Positions 12,832-24,700 of a DNA stretch of 64,000 bases are shown here, one piece after another; position 1 is the first letter of the stretch, and each line of letters begins with the position of its first letter. The translations under genes were made by a program, and so were the position numbers. The stretch is from positions 1-64,000 of IMG/VR virus record IMGVR_UViG_3300008111_000027, one strand, 5' to 3'. Below the pieces are notes generated by a model, which was not told the DNA's origin, ran no database searches, and saw nothing but the letters and a program-made list of their open reading frames with translations. This DNA is from an uncultured virus (IMG/VR IMGVR_UViG_3300008111_000027) (taxonomy: Duplodnaviria > Heunggongvirae > Uroviricota > Caudoviricetes).

Positions 12832-15800
12832 TCATGGACAATCAAAAATGGAACTACTTAATTCCTCATTAGTTGGTTCTGTAGGACAATGGTTGGCATC
12901 GATATAATATTGACCGAGGTTGAATCCAATATTTGGATGTTTATCGTATTTGTGTTTCATCAGAATTTGGTCGCTGTTATTTCCATTGAAAACAACAACA
13001 AATTCATCAGTTAGTGGTGTATTGTCTAATTCAAAATTTAGATTGAAGTATAATCCTGTATCGCAATAATTTAAGTCGACATCAATTACTTCTATGGTTT
13101 TACCATATTTGTTTATTAAATAATCCCCATGGTTATATAATTCTTTCGGATGGTCACAACAAGGTTCAATAAAATCTGTTGGTTTTTTTTGTAATTCCTC
13201 TGGGAACCTATCGTCAAAAAAGTAAACACTATTTGTAGGTGTTCCAAAATTTTCAATGATTCTATTTGTATAAACTCTTAGTTGTGTTGTTGGTAAAACT
13301 TCAAAAACTTCATAAGTATTATTTTGGGTTAATCCTGTAATGATACTTTTCTTGATTGATGCTAAACATTCAATGTCTGTAATTTCAAGTTTTTGATAGT
13401 TGTACGTAAATGAATACCCTGATACAGGTCCATTCACAATTTGTTGGTGACTATATTCTGTACATTGTTTGTAAGATGCAGATAAAACATATTCCCCAAC
13501 ATTTAAATCACAAACACTTTTACCACTTATCGTACCACCACTAATATAACTTTCAATATTGTCATCTGTAGTTTGGTTGTCAATGGTTAATCCGCTATCA
13601 ACTACTAAAACTATAGAGTCACATTTTAAACCATAGTTAAAGTTTGATTTGTATTCAACTTTTGGTTGTATTGTGTAACCTGTGTAATTGTCACAATATG
13701 TTGCACCTGAAACAACTGAAATTGGGGATGATATTGTTCCTTGGTAACCAACAATACTAAATAATTCTACGTGACTTTTTCCTGATGGTGTTGGACATGG
13801 GTCATGTTCAATTTTGGGTTGTAGACCTTCAATTTTGAATTTTACTTCTTTATTTGCTGCATCTACAATATTAAAATCTATTACATCATTTTCTGAAAAA
13901 CCAGTTAATTTATATACACAATCACTAACTTTTTGAATGTAAACATCCGCATTTTCATTTGTTCCACTTACACAATTAGCATAAATGTTAAATGGCCATG
14001 TTGAACCTTGTTGGATACCTGTTTTGTATCCAATTACTTCAAAAAACACATCACTCACTAATGTACATCCACTGTTTGAGTCGCAATAAACGGTATTATC
14101 AGTATAAACTTTAACACTGATTCCATTTGTATTTTTTGTGATTTTGTAATCGGCATCAAATCGATAATCAAAATAGTCGACCACTGAACATTCGTTTGGA
14201 CCTAATTTTACGGATGAAAACTTAACTTTTTCAACACCATTTTCATCAGTGTATGTTGTGTATTTTATTAATGGTATTGTTTCTGAAAAATATGTTTGGC
14301 CTGTGGTTCCCGTGAAAGCAGAATAGGGTTCATACCCTGCACTATTTCTTGTAATAGTTACGTCATCAATCAATACAGATAACGCCGATAACCATAGTTC
14401 TTTAATTTTAGTAACATCAGGTTCAAGATAATCTTTATAATCACATATTAAGGAAAGATTTACCGTATCACCACTGGTGACCCCACTTGTACATCCTGTA
14501 AATGGTTGTGCATCAAATAATTTTGCACTGTTTGAAGTGTTACTTGTTCCACTAACAATCACATACATAGAGGATGTTAGACCCGTGTAGTCGGCCCCAC
14601 CATAAACTGTTCCATCAATTTCAATTACAGGATAGTAAGTAACACCTGTAAGGTTTATTAAACCTCTAAAATTATTTTCTTCACCTAAAATATTTTCTAA
14701 ATCTTCCTCAATTACATTTTCAAAATCAGGGTATAGTTCCTCAATAAATTCTAATGGTTGACAATCATATCTATATTGATATTTTGGTCTACCAAACACG
14801 TTATTTTCTATTAAATTACCGCCGGTCCATTGAGTGGTTGATGGTACTAATTGTTCAACTAATTGTGGCCAATAAGGTGATAATTTATTAACAAATTCAA
14901 TAACATTTATTTGATTATATGGTGTAAAACCTGTTGTTTGTGATATATAATCTCTATAGACATCTTCTAATTGAATATAATTTTTTTTGTAACGAATTTT
15001 GTTAGAATTTGTTACAAGTCCATGAATAAAGGTGTCTAAAAATTCAGCAAAAGTTTTACCTGTTTGGGGTAATAAAGTATTTGTACCAAAACTTATTAAT
15101 AATTCTCTACTTTGTCTAAAGATATCATAATCTATACCTCGTGATGGTGAGATATAAATTCCAATGTTTTTTCTATTTAAAATTAATAAATAATCATCCT
15201 CAATTGGTTTTCCGTCTTTATTATCGACCGCGGAAACCAATTCATAACCGGTATCTAAACCTGGTAATGTTCTATATAAATCAAAGTATTCTTCTCCGTA
15301 TGTGTAGTTTTTATTCTTTGTTTTAATTGTTTTGGTGTTACCCGTTAGTATTGAGTTACTACTGTCTAAAACGAGTGGAGTACGGTGTGATAATGTAATA
15401 TCGTACCATCCTGAACCTTTACCAAAGAATATGTTTTCAGTTTCGTTATATGCTCTTCTTGGTAGTCCAGTTTTTTCGTCTACAGGGTAACCCTCTCTGT
15501 CAAATGTTGTTGACGCTGAGTAGTAAACTTTAGAATATGTGAAACCTGTACTATCAAAGGTGGCGTAAGAATATCTTTTGTTACCTTGAATCGCATCGTA
15601 TATGTCTTGTTGTAAATTAAAACTAGATGGAATTGACGTTACTTTATAAATGTATTCATCAATCCTAATCAAAGGCTCGGGTGCCCCCAAAAATTTTAAA
15701 AAGAAATCAATAGAGGATTTTGTTCCTTTTGATTTATAAATGTGAGCAAGATTTATAAGTAATCTTCGATAAAACTCATACTCAGCTTCAATTAAATTCG

Positions 15801-17076
15801 TACCGGTTGATACTCCGTCATAATTTGATTGTAATCTTGAATATAAAACATCATTTAGACTATTTTCATCGAATAAATTTAATGTTGATAAACCTAAATT
15901 TTCTGCTAAGTTTTTTAAAAGTACATCAGGTAAATTATTAATTCCATCATAACTTACGTTTCTCATATAAGCTATGTTGTCTATGTATTTCTTTACACTA
16001 TCAAAGCTTTGACCATATAATTGAAATACACTTTCAGCTCTTTTATCTTCGGTGTCAAATTCAAATAACTGTGGTGCGGCTAAAAATCTAACCATTAGAT
16101 TAGATTTATACACATCTATCTCATCAGCAATATCTTTTAATTTACCAACATATAAATCGTAATCAAAACCGGTTATTTGTATGTTATAACCATCATTAGA
16201 TATTGGCCAAGTTATTACAACATCAACCAAAGATGTTTTTGAATTGTCTTGAACATCTCTCGGTACTTTAAATGATGAAGTATAAATTGGATTTGTTTCT
16301 CTATTTAAAAGTGATTCCTCTAAATCGTCTAACCCTTCGAAAAATTCTTCAACTAAACCATCGTTTGGTCTTATCAATAAATTTTCTGAATATGTTGAAC
16401 CAGTAAATGGTTGTCCATATACCTTTAAGTAAATTCTATTGTTTGTATTCGGTTCGCTGTATTCTAAAATTGGATATGGTGTGTTATTTGTAACAACAAC
16501 ATATTTTGTATAAGACGAATAAAAATTTCTTAATTCGTTTTCAGTTTCTGGTTTAACTACTGAATTAGGCTCAACAAAAACTAAATCAAAAGGATTGAAT
16601 ATTTTACTTCTTTCGATGTAAAAAGTTGTGGTATTGGTGCTATCGTTATATGTTATTCCACTAGCACTGTAATTAGAAACACCTATAGGACTGTCCGATA
16701 AGATTGAAATTCCACCCGGAAACTTGTTTATAATTCTAGTTAATGAAACTAAAATTCTACTTGTTAACGAACCAAATAAAGATTTATCGGCATATTTTTT
16801 GTTGCCCTTAAACCTTACTTCGTCAGTTCTCTTTTTTCTTGGTGTTGCTGATGTTGTTTGAATACCCTCAACCTCTTTTAACGTATCTAATGTTAAAAAT
16901 TGAGAGAATGGGTTACTCGTAAAATTTTTAGAATCTTTGTCAGGGATAGACTTATCAAGCGCAAATACGGTGTTGGTTAGTGCAGATGAACCATCAGTTA
17001 TCTGTCTACCAACTAAGAAATCATTAAATGTTTCCGCTCCGCTTGACGCTTGACTCGGTACTTTTCTCCTTGCCAT
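12832..17076 (-). CDS. Large baseplate wedge/tail structural protein with P2 gpI / T4 gp7-like core
   Basis: 1414 aa. Motifs LPDVLLKNLAENLG and YRRLLINLAHIYKSKGTKSSIDFFLKFLG are typical of baseplate wedge proteins. Cys-rich beta C-terminal region; lies in the baseplate operon. Confidence 0.65.
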   Translation of the reverse strand: MARRKVPSQASSGAETFNDFLVGRQITDGSSALTNTVFALDKSIPDKDSKNFTSNPFSQFLTLDTLKEVEGIQTTSATPRKKRTDEVRFKGNKKYADKSLFGSLTSRILVSLTRIINKFPGGISILSDSPIGVSNYSASGITYNDSTNTTTFYIERSKIFNPFDLVFVEPNSVVKPETENELRNFYSSYTKYVVVTNNTPYPILEYSEPNTNNRIYLKVYGQPFTGSTYSENLLIRPNDGLVEEFFEGLDDLEESLLNRETNPIYTSSFKVPRDVQDNSKTSLVDVVITWPISNDGYNIQITGFDYDLYVGKLKDIADEIDVYKSNLMVRFLAAPQLFEFDTEDKRAESVFQLYGQSFDSVKKYIDNIAYMRNVSYDGINNLPDVLLKNLAENLGLSTLNLFDENSLNDVLYSRLQSNYDGVSTGTNLIEAEYEFYRRLLINLAHIYKSKGTKSSIDFFLKFLGAPEPLIRIDEYIYKVTSIPSSFNLQQDIYDAIQGNKRYSYATFDSTGFTYSKVYYSASTTFDREGYPVDEKTGLPRRAYNETENIFFGKGSGWYDITLSHRTPLVLDSSNSILTGNTKTIKTKNKNYTYGEEYFDLYRTLPGLDTGYELVSAVDNKDGKPIEDDYLLILNRKNIGIYISPSRGIDYDIFRQSRELLISFGTNTLLPQTGKTFAEFLDTFIHGLVTNSNKIRYKKNYIQLEDVYRDYISQTTGFTPYNQINVIEFVNKLSPYWPQLVEQLVPSTTQWTGGNLIENNVFGRPKYQYRYDCQPLEFIEELYPDFENVIEEDLENILGEENNFRGLINLTGVTYYPVIEIDGTVYGGADYTGLTSSMYVIVSGTSNTSNSAKLFDAQPFTGCTSGVTSGDTVNLSLICDYKDYLEPDVTKIKELWLSALSVLIDDVTITRNSAGYEPYSAFTGTTGQTYFSETIPLIKYTTYTDENGVEKVKFSSVKLGPNECSVVDYFDYRFDADYKITKNTNGISVKVYTDNTVYCDSNSGCTLVSDVFFEVIGYKTGIQQGSTWPFNIYANCVSGTNENADVYIQKVSDCVYKLTGFSENDVIDFNIVDAANKEVKFKIEGLQPKIEHDPCPTPSGKSHVELFSIVGYQGTISSPISVVSGATYCDNYTGYTIQPKVEYKSNFNYGLKCDSIVLVVDSGLTIDNQTTDDNIESYISGGTISGKSVCDLNVGEYVLSASYKQCTEYSHQQIVNGPVSGYSFTYNYQKLEITDIECLASIKKSIITGLTQNNTYEVFEVLPTTQLRVYTNRIIENFGTPTNSVYFFDDRFPEELQKKPTDFIEPCCDHPKELYNHGDYLINKYGKTIEVIDVDLNYCDTGLYFNLNFELDNTPLTDEFVVVFNGNNSDQILMKHKYDKHPNIGFNLGQYYIDANHCPTEPTNEELSSSIFDCP

Positions 17077-17993
17077 TATTCTGTTATAGTATCAAAGTTT
17101 AAGGTTTCGTCTACGTCATTTCTTTCTTCACGAATCTCATATAATGTTTCATTAAATTCGTCTTTAACTTCGTAAAGATTGTATTGTCTATAGATGTTAT
17201 TATTATTGTCATAGATGGTATAGATACCTTGTGAAACCGCTTTACTTTGATTACCATAAAGAGCATGTGCCAATGTTGAAGCATCATGTTCAACCATTTC
17301 TACCTCAATTGTGGTGGGATTTAAATATGTGTTTGTTAATATGATTTTTTGTGATGGTACACCAATAAATGGAACCGTATTTGGTTTATTTGTTGGTGCT
17401 GAAGATGGTGTTACTGTTAAAAACATCAAATTGGTTGCCTGTTCACTATACTGATATCTGATAGCTTTTTGTGATGTACTTGTTAAATTTGAAACAATTG
17501 GTGTACAGTAGAACGAAGATGTTACGATTCTATAAAAATTTGGAATTTTTTTATTGTCAGATGAATTAATGTACTCAATTCTATATCCAACAAGTCCTTG
17601 TGGTGTAAATTTATTTCTATCATCAGCAGGAACATTGGATAAGTCAATGACCAATCCTCTAACTGAAGGTAGAGACGCTAAAATTCCACAATCAGTAATT
17701 GAAGTTCTTATTTGTTTTGGTCTTATATGGAGTGTGTATACACCTAAATCCGCAAAATCGGATGCGGTTAATTTTAAGTTGTACAATCCACCTAAGATTT
17801 CAACATTAGGTGCTGAAGTATCATCCGTGGTGTTCGAATTATGATAAACAGGGGTTAATACTTCAGCTGAACTTAATTTCTTAAGAGTAACAGTCGAAGT
17901 GCTATTTCTATCCGCAACGTAATGAAAATAAATTTCAACGTCTTCGGGTGACACATCTGATGGTCTAATTATACCGTAACTACCTACTGCCAT
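17076..17993 (-). CDS. Hypothetical virion structural protein
   Basis: 305 aa, TAATG-coupled to the downstream gene, TATTTAT motif upstream. Confidence 0.75.
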   Translation of the reverse strand: MAVGSYGIIRPSDVSPEDVEIYFHYVADRNSTSTVTLKKLSSAEVLTPVYHNSNTTDDTSAPNVEILGGLYNLKLTASDFADLGVYTLHIRPKQIRTSITDCGILASLPSVRGLVIDLSNVPADDRNKFTPQGLVGYRIEYINSSDNKKIPNFYRIVTSSFYCTPIVSNLTSTSQKAIRYQYSEQATNLMFLTVTPSSAPTNKPNTVPFIGVPSQKIILTNTYLNPTTIEVEMVEHDASTLAHALYGNQSKAVSQGIYTIYDNNNNIYRQYNLYEVKDEFNETLYEIREERNDVDETLNFDTITE

Positions 17994-18004
17994 GTTTTTT
18001 TATA

Positions 18005-18011
18005 ATAAATA
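18005..18011 (-). promoter_or_regulatory. Candidate late promoter TATTTAT
   Basis: 11 nt upstream of ATG 17993; same motif precedes most structural transcription units. Confidence 0.55.
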
Positions 18012-18017
18012 TGAAAA

Positions 18018-19184
18018 TTATTGTTTTCTAATATTAAAATATCCGTTTCCATAAATTGATAATTCACCTGTGTTGTCAATTTCAGATAATCGTAATGTTT
18101 TTTCCATTACACCTTGTTTTCCTCTTTCAACAAAAATGTCAGAATAGATTACTGGTTCATCAATAAATCCTAAGAAATGTTCATTTCTTGTAATAACCTT
18201 ATTGATGACTTCTTCTTTTGTAAATCCTGATGTTGTACCAGTAATTGTAGTGATTCCATCCTCAAAATCTTGATAATACAAATTATCAATTGTGTATGCA
18301 CTGTAAGCCACACCATTTGTTACTCCTGTAGTTACACCTGAGTATGTATTTGAACCGTATAATTTTAATTCGCTAATTTTACTTTTACCAATTGCAGCAT
18401 ATGTAAATGTGGTATAACCTGTGTTGGTTCCATTATAGTCTAAATCGTTTAGATAATTTTGACTTTGACCCGATATGTTGGTGTATGGTATTGTGAACCC
18501 GGAGAATGTCCCTAATGGGTTAGAGACAGTGGTATTTGAAGGTACTTGTACTTTCTTTTTAGTTTCAAACTGACTCCATGGTGTGTTGATTGAAATTGAT
18601 ATGGTTGTTTCGCCGGTGGATGAATATGTTTTTGTTGCGGTAATTCCAGTTGTTGATAGAATACTTGTAGTCCCGTCTCCCCAACTGACAGTAAAATCGA
18701 TAAAATGTATTTCAGAAACTTTACTCGTGTCCACCGTATTGTAAACCTGAACTGTGTTACCGGTCTGAGTATAAGAAAAGTTACAAATTTGTTCAACTTG
18801 TTCAAGTTCCCCATCAAAACCAACCATTACACCCATTTCGTCAACGTGTGTTTCTAAAAATATCGGTAACATGTGTTCACCATACGCCTCCCCTTTTGTA
18901 ATATTGTTCCAACCATATAGTTCTAAAGTTAAATCACAACCAGCGTCTCCGTAAGAGTTGGTTGGTATGGTGGTTCCCGTCCACATGTAGTATCCATTAC
19001 TAACAGTACCACCAGTGACGTTATACACTATAAAACCATCTAAAGGGTCAAGATATTGAGACTCCGACCACGATATTAAACTACCCAAACTATTGTACCA
19101 ATATGGACCATCGTTTGAATACAATTTAACATTAGGAATATTTTTCCTAAGTATTTCGTATTTTGTTGGTGATTTAATATCCAT
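18018..19184 (-). CDS. Structural protein with PKD/Ig-like domain
   Basis: 388 aa. FTVSWGDGTTS...TKTYSSTGETTISI matches the PKD signature (WGDG...Y...G). Confidence 0.7.
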   Translation of the reverse strand: MDIKSPTKYEILRKNIPNVKLYSNDGPYWYNSLGSLISWSESQYLDPLDGFIVYNVTGGTVSNGYYMWTGTTIPTNSYGDAGCDLTLELYGWNNITKGEAYGEHMLPIFLETHVDEMGVMVGFDGELEQVEQICNFSYTQTGNTVQVYNTVDTSKVSEIHFIDFTVSWGDGTTSILSTTGITATKTYSSTGETTISISINTPWSQFETKKKVQVPSNTTVSNPLGTFSGFTIPYTNISGQSQNYLNDLDYNGTNTGYTTFTYAAIGKSKISELKLYGSNTYSGVTTGVTNGVAYSAYTIDNLYYQDFEDGITTITGTTSGFTKEEVINKVITRNEHFLGFIDEPVIYSDIFVERGKQGVMEKTLRLSEIDNTGELSIYGNGYFNIRKQ

Positions 19185-20017
19185 TATTGTTTTCTTTCAT
19201 AAAAATTTATTGGTGCGGTTACTATTCCTTTTCTTGTACCTAATGAACCATTATACGCATAAACTATGTATGAATAATTTGTTCTATCTATAATTACTTT
19301 ATAGTAGACATCTTCTTCTTCAGCATACGGTGTTGTTGCATTTACATTTTTTGATTTATTTACAAAATCAATAACACTTCCGTCTTTTGCATTATAGTAC
19401 TTGGCGGTCATATAAAATGTATTTCCCGTAATATTTGTTTCATCAAATGGTGAATCATCCGCAAACCAAAAAAAGTACATATTTTCCGTATTTCTGTAGT
19501 TTGAACCAGTGAAAACAGGGACATAAACAAAATCGTTTAGAGGTAACGTAGCTCCCGACGGTGTGCCTGTATAATATATTCTTTCACCAAGAGGGAGTGA
19601 TAAATTCTTTGCAAAAACCAATCTTCTATTCGTTTGATTTGGTGATGCGTCATTATTAGTTTTGTAAAACTCTAATCTGAAAAAACTTTCTGTTGACTGT
19701 TTTAACATTTTAGAATTTTCTTCCATTGTTATTCCAACGTCTTCATAATTTTGTGAGTAATTACCAAAACTATTCAAAAAATAAAAATTATACCATATGT
19801 CCGTTTGGTTAAAAGTATTATCAGTTACCGGTGAAACTTGGTCATATGCGGTATGTATGTATCTTACAGTTTCATAATTTTCAGTTGGGTTGATGATTTC
19901 ATATAAAATCTCTTGCTCCATCTGCTCAGCATTATCAGTCCAACCCAAATCTGTTTTAAACATTTGGTTTGATGGAATTATAATTGTTTGGTCATTATTT
20001 TTAGCAAGAATTTTCAT
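19184..20017 (-). CDS. Hypothetical virion structural protein
   Basis: 277 aa, aromatic/beta-rich, coupled within the baseplate operon. Confidence 0.7.
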   Translation of the reverse strand: MKILAKNNDQTIIIPSNQMFKTDLGWTDNAEQMEQEILYEIINPTENYETVRYIHTAYDQVSPVTDNTFNQTDIWYNFYFLNSFGNYSQNYEDVGITMEENSKMLKQSTESFFRLEFYKTNNDASPNQTNRRLVFAKNLSLPLGERIYYTGTPSGATLPLNDFVYVPVFTGSNYRNTENMYFFWFADDSPFDETNITGNTFYMTAKYYNAKDGSVIDFVNKSKNVNATTPYAEEEDVYYKVIIDRTNYSYIVYAYNGSLGTRKGIVTAPINFYERKQ

Positions 20018-20018
20018 A

Positions 20019-21779
20019 TTAACATTTAAACTTGTTTACGTTCTTAACTTTATCTTGTTTATTCCTGTAGATATTTTCGTTTCGTAAATAAAAATCAATA
20101 TCACTTTTTACATAATGTATATTATTAATAAAAGGAAAGTTGGTACCGAAACCATCAGGGTCAATAAATCCATGGTCGTATAAATCTCTCCATTTCCATA
20201 ACGCCTCGTCTTCAAAATATTTTGAATTCTGTGGTAATCCGTATACTTGATTTGTTGTTGAAGTTTCAATATATGGTGACAATTGTCTTAGTTTTACTCT
20301 ATGGTGTGGTTGATAATAAAGACCATACATGTTTGTCATTGAACCACCTGAAAAGGTTACAGTTGTACCCGTTTGTCCATAATCAAAAACAAATAAAGGA
20401 TTAGAGAATCTGTGATATGATTCACTTATAATTCTTTCTTTTAATTCTGAACGATTGTATTCAACAAAGGCACCATGTAAAACTGTACCAACAGGTAAAT
20501 CTACACCTGTTGTAAAATTATAGGTTGTTGCACTAATCGTTCTCGAGAAACCACTTGTTAATATGGACGTTTCAGTAGTTCCTGTACCATTAAAATGTTC
20601 GTCAACCCATGTATCATGAAAATTGAATTTCCAACCAACTTTAGGTGGGTATTCAAAATAACCGTTTCTATTGGCCAAAATGGTACTTACATAAACTTCA
20701 GTTGGTAAATAACCTAAATTATTAGTTAATCCCGTAAGAACAAATGGTTCTTTGAAATCATAAATTAATGATTCCATCATATTCCTTTCAACCAAAACAT
20801 CAGAAACACCAGCACTATTTTCTAAAAGTAATTTTCTTTCGTTTTCCCAAATAGATGACTCAAATCCAATTTTGTCTAATATATAATCTTCCCTTTCTGT
20901 TAGTGTTTTGTGTTTGTGAACGTAATAATTAGATGTGGAACCTGTTATGTCATTTCTGTCAAGACATCGTTTACCAAAAACAACTGTTGAAAGTGTTGAA
21001 CCAGAGGGTAATTCGGATTTAGATATTTCTAAAACATATTTTTCAGAATTATATATTGAGTCACCAACACTTATAATTGTGAATGTTTTACCCGTGACAT
21101 TTACCGCGTTATTAAAACTACCTCCGCTTAGTGTAATAAATTCACCCGATAACATTCCGTGTTCTACAGGACTTGTTAACTTGTATGTGTTACCATTGCT
21201 TTCAACCCTAAAAGGTATTCCATCGCCTGATGTAAAACTAAAATAAGTTCCACCACTTAATGAATATTTCATCGGATAAGCACTGTCTTGACCATAAACA
21301 TATGAAAGGTATATGTTCCAATTGTGATATGGTGCTTGTATGGACGATATTGAGGTGTGTTCAGTTTCTCCTGAATAAGCAAAAATGGGACTGTACGTTG
21401 TTAATGATGAAATAGTTTGTATAGTGTTTATTTGTCTTACCACATCTTTTCTTAAAAAAGCAAATTCTTGGTAGGGTATGAAACCTGTAAAATCATTATT
21501 ACCACCGTCACCAACCAAATACAGTCTTTTTAATAATGGATTATATTCAGATGAACCACTATAAAGATTTCTAAAAACCATTTTTAGTTTACCATGAATT
21601 TTATAGCTATTACTTTCGTTCCTTTCTTTATTAAAGAGCTCCGCGTTACTTAGAATAATTGTTCTGTCACCTTCTCTTAAAAGATTCTCAGTTTCCTCTA
21701 ACCCAACACGAATTGTTTGGTCTTCATTGATTGAACCAAAAAATTTTTTAGATGGTAATATAATCCTTTTTTTATCCAT
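20019..21779 (-). CDS. Hypothetical virion structural protein
   Basis: 586 aa, coupled in operon. Contains a small beta module (YKLTSPVEHGMLSGEFITLSG) of a type seen in phage tail proteins. Confidence 0.7.
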   Translation of the reverse strand: MDKKRIILPSKKFFGSINEDQTIRVGLEETENLLREGDRTIILSNAELFNKERNESNSYKIHGKLKMVFRNLYSGSSEYNPLLKRLYLVGDGGNNDFTGFIPYQEFAFLRKDVVRQINTIQTISSLTTYSPIFAYSGETEHTSISSIQAPYHNWNIYLSYVYGQDSAYPMKYSLSGGTYFSFTSGDGIPFRVESNGNTYKLTSPVEHGMLSGEFITLSGGSFNNAVNVTGKTFTIISVGDSIYNSEKYVLEISKSELPSGSTLSTVVFGKRCLDRNDITGSTSNYYVHKHKTLTEREDYILDKIGFESSIWENERKLLLENSAGVSDVLVERNMMESLIYDFKEPFVLTGLTNNLGYLPTEVYVSTILANRNGYFEYPPKVGWKFNFHDTWVDEHFNGTGTTETSILTSGFSRTISATTYNFTTGVDLPVGTVLHGAFVEYNRSELKERIISESYHRFSNPLFVFDYGQTGTTVTFSGGSMTNMYGLYYQPHHRVKLRQLSPYIETSTTNQVYGLPQNSKYFEDEALWKWRDLYDHGFIDPDGFGTNFPFINNIHYVKSDIDFYLRNENIYRNKQDKVKNVNKFKC

Positions 21780-24700
21780 TATTCTTGAGATGGGAACGCA
21801 CCTTTTGGTCCAAATAATTTTATAAATTTATCAACCGCAGTTGCGCCTGGTCTTAATCCAAAATAAAATAAGAATGGTGTTGATAATATTTGTTTATTAC
21901 CAGTATAATTTACTTGTGTTGGTTTTAATATAAAATCAACATCATTATTCCACGGTTTTGAAGCCCATCCCCCCACCTCTCCAACTCTAATCCACAAAGT
22001 ACCAGCATCCGGTGATAAAGTGGTTCCTGATGTTATATGTAAAACAGTAAACCCTTCCTCTTGATTGTTGTAGTTTAGATGCACGTCGTTTGTATCTTCA
22101 ACATCAAACGAACCATCGTTAACATCAGCACCTGCGATTGTGAATGTATCTCCCGAATATGTTTTTGTCATCGGAAATAAAACATAATTATATGTTGAAT
22201 CACCCGTAAACGCATAATTATACGTCATTCCTTGTAATCTCTGAGAAACAACAGTGGCATAATCCCAAGATTGTCCATATCCTTCACCAAAACCTTGTCC
22301 GTCCTTATCCCAATAAAAAAATGGAACAATTTGTGACGATTCTGTTAACCTACCTGGTTCATTTAGACAAACTCTAACCCTATAACCGTCATCGTCTAAA
22401 ACAAAATTTATCGGCATTGGTCCATTCGTTGTTCCGGATTGTGATTTAAATAATTGAACATAATCATCAGGGTCAAGAATTACAGGACTGTATTGACCAT
22501 AATATCTATTTTGTAAATCAAATTCCTCAATACCGGCTTCATTGTTAATTGATATTAATTGTAAAACGTCACCATTTAATATTTCTTTATTAGTGTTAAA
22601 CGGGTAGTATGAAGTGTATCCATTATTAGAGAAAAAATCTTTATAATTATAATTGGCGTTTGTGTCAAGTCTGTAATTAATGTAAAGACCCAACATTTCT
22701 TTAAAATTTTGATACGATGTTGAACCTATACTTCTAACAATAGAGCAATTTGGGTCTAATGTTGGGTCTACACAAATTTCTTTAATAAATTCATCTCTTG
22801 GACCTAAATCCATTATTGTTGTTGGGTGTCTTAGGGTACTGAATTCAGAACCTGATGCCGTTTTTTGGAAAATCGAGCCGTTCCATTTTGTGGACCTGTA
22901 ATAAAATTTTTTTACTGCGTCATTTGATGTTTTTTCTGAAACTTTATAATATAGTAAATTTTGACAGTAATTGGTCCCTCTGACGTTCAAATCTAAAGTT
23001 TCTTCATTGTCCCATCTCACTCTAGCTTTGAAAGGGAACATATAAAGAGAACCCGCTAACCAGTTGTCAAAAAAGGAATAATTAGCAATACCTTCGCAGA
23101 AAACTTTATTTACCAATTTTCTTCTTGCATATTCTCTGATTAATTTAAATTGTACATCTCTATTGTCTGTATGAGCCGCGGGAATTACTGTGTAAACACC
23201 AAATCTAAATTCAGAAAAACCACTTCTCGTGTCACATTTTATCGAACAAGGGTTTTTGGACAAGTCATTAGCTGCTGCTTGTCCAACTACCATTAAGTTT
23301 AAATTATTACAATTTGTACCAGGGTTTGCCGTTGTTCCACTATAATCGGCAGTAGTACCGCTTGCACAGTAACTTATTTTTACAATACCACTATCGTCAT
23401 ATATTGTATTTTGAGATAAACACCCTTCGGGTAAAGATGTGGAATCAAACGAGCTTGTTGTTGAACCGGTTATCGGGTAATTTGAATCGTATATTTCGTA
23501 AGTGAATCCCGACCAAACATAATCTTTTGGGATTGTTGGGTCGTTCCATTGTAACCACGAATTTGCGGACGCTAAATCTCTACCTAAAACACCTGTTGTT
23601 GAACCACAAGTATAGTTTCTGTAAAGAAAAGTATAACTATTTCCTGTTGTTAATCCACTTAATGCTGTAATATCGGCCGTTTGTGCACCTGAATGAGCTA
23701 GATAAGAAGTAACCCTTATGTAATAATTTCTATTAGGATTTACTATTATATTGTTTATAATTGTTGATAATGATTGTCCATACGTGTAACCCGTATAATA
23801 ATAAGATGTTAAACCACTTGAGGGTGATTCACTTAAAAAATATTCTCTTTCAGTTGGGTCATAGTCACATATAAAAATATCTGTCACCGTGGAATCACAG
23901 GTTCCTGTTACCACGGGTACACCATCTCCACCAGCGTAGGACATAGAACCATCTCTAGCGCAAACACCTGTAACTGATGACCCACTAAATGGTATTGATT
24001 GGGATTGAATTGAGTTATTAGTACAATCTCTCCAAGTATAGGTGGTTGTGCCAGTAGTTGGTGGTGGTAAAGTGTATGTTGTACAATTAACCAAAAAAGT
24101 AAGTTTGTCTCGAACCGCGGTACCACTAGCGACTTTTTGATATATGTTAGAAGGGTCGGTGTCAGTCGACGAATCTTCCGTAAAAACTTGAATTTCATCA
24201 CAAGATTCACATTCGGGATATATTGTTAAACTTAATCTTACTGTTCCCAATGCTTGTAATGGTTCAATAATTGATTCATCCCACCCGTCAAAAGGTGCCC
24301 AATAAAAAGTCCATCCTAAAATATTCCAAGGACCAATTCTAACTTTTTCATAAATTAATTGAAATGGAGCAATGATAATTTGAACAGCACCAACAAAGGC
24401 GGTATATATGACTCTTTCGAACGCATTAATAATAATCGCCAAAAGAATTGCAAAACTAAACTTTCTCCACGCATAATTTATTGGTGGGGTGACAACACTT
24501 GATTCGCAATCTTCTTCCGCTTTTGGTGCAATATCTTTTATACCTAAAAAGTTGTCTTTACCACCTTTAAAATGCCCACCCATGTAAGATGTTACAGTGT
24601 AGACTTTGTTATATGTAAATCTATAGAAATAATCCTCAGGATAATAACTTCCATAAGTCTGATTGAATATTACTGATGAACTTGTGGCTGAAGTTGGGTA

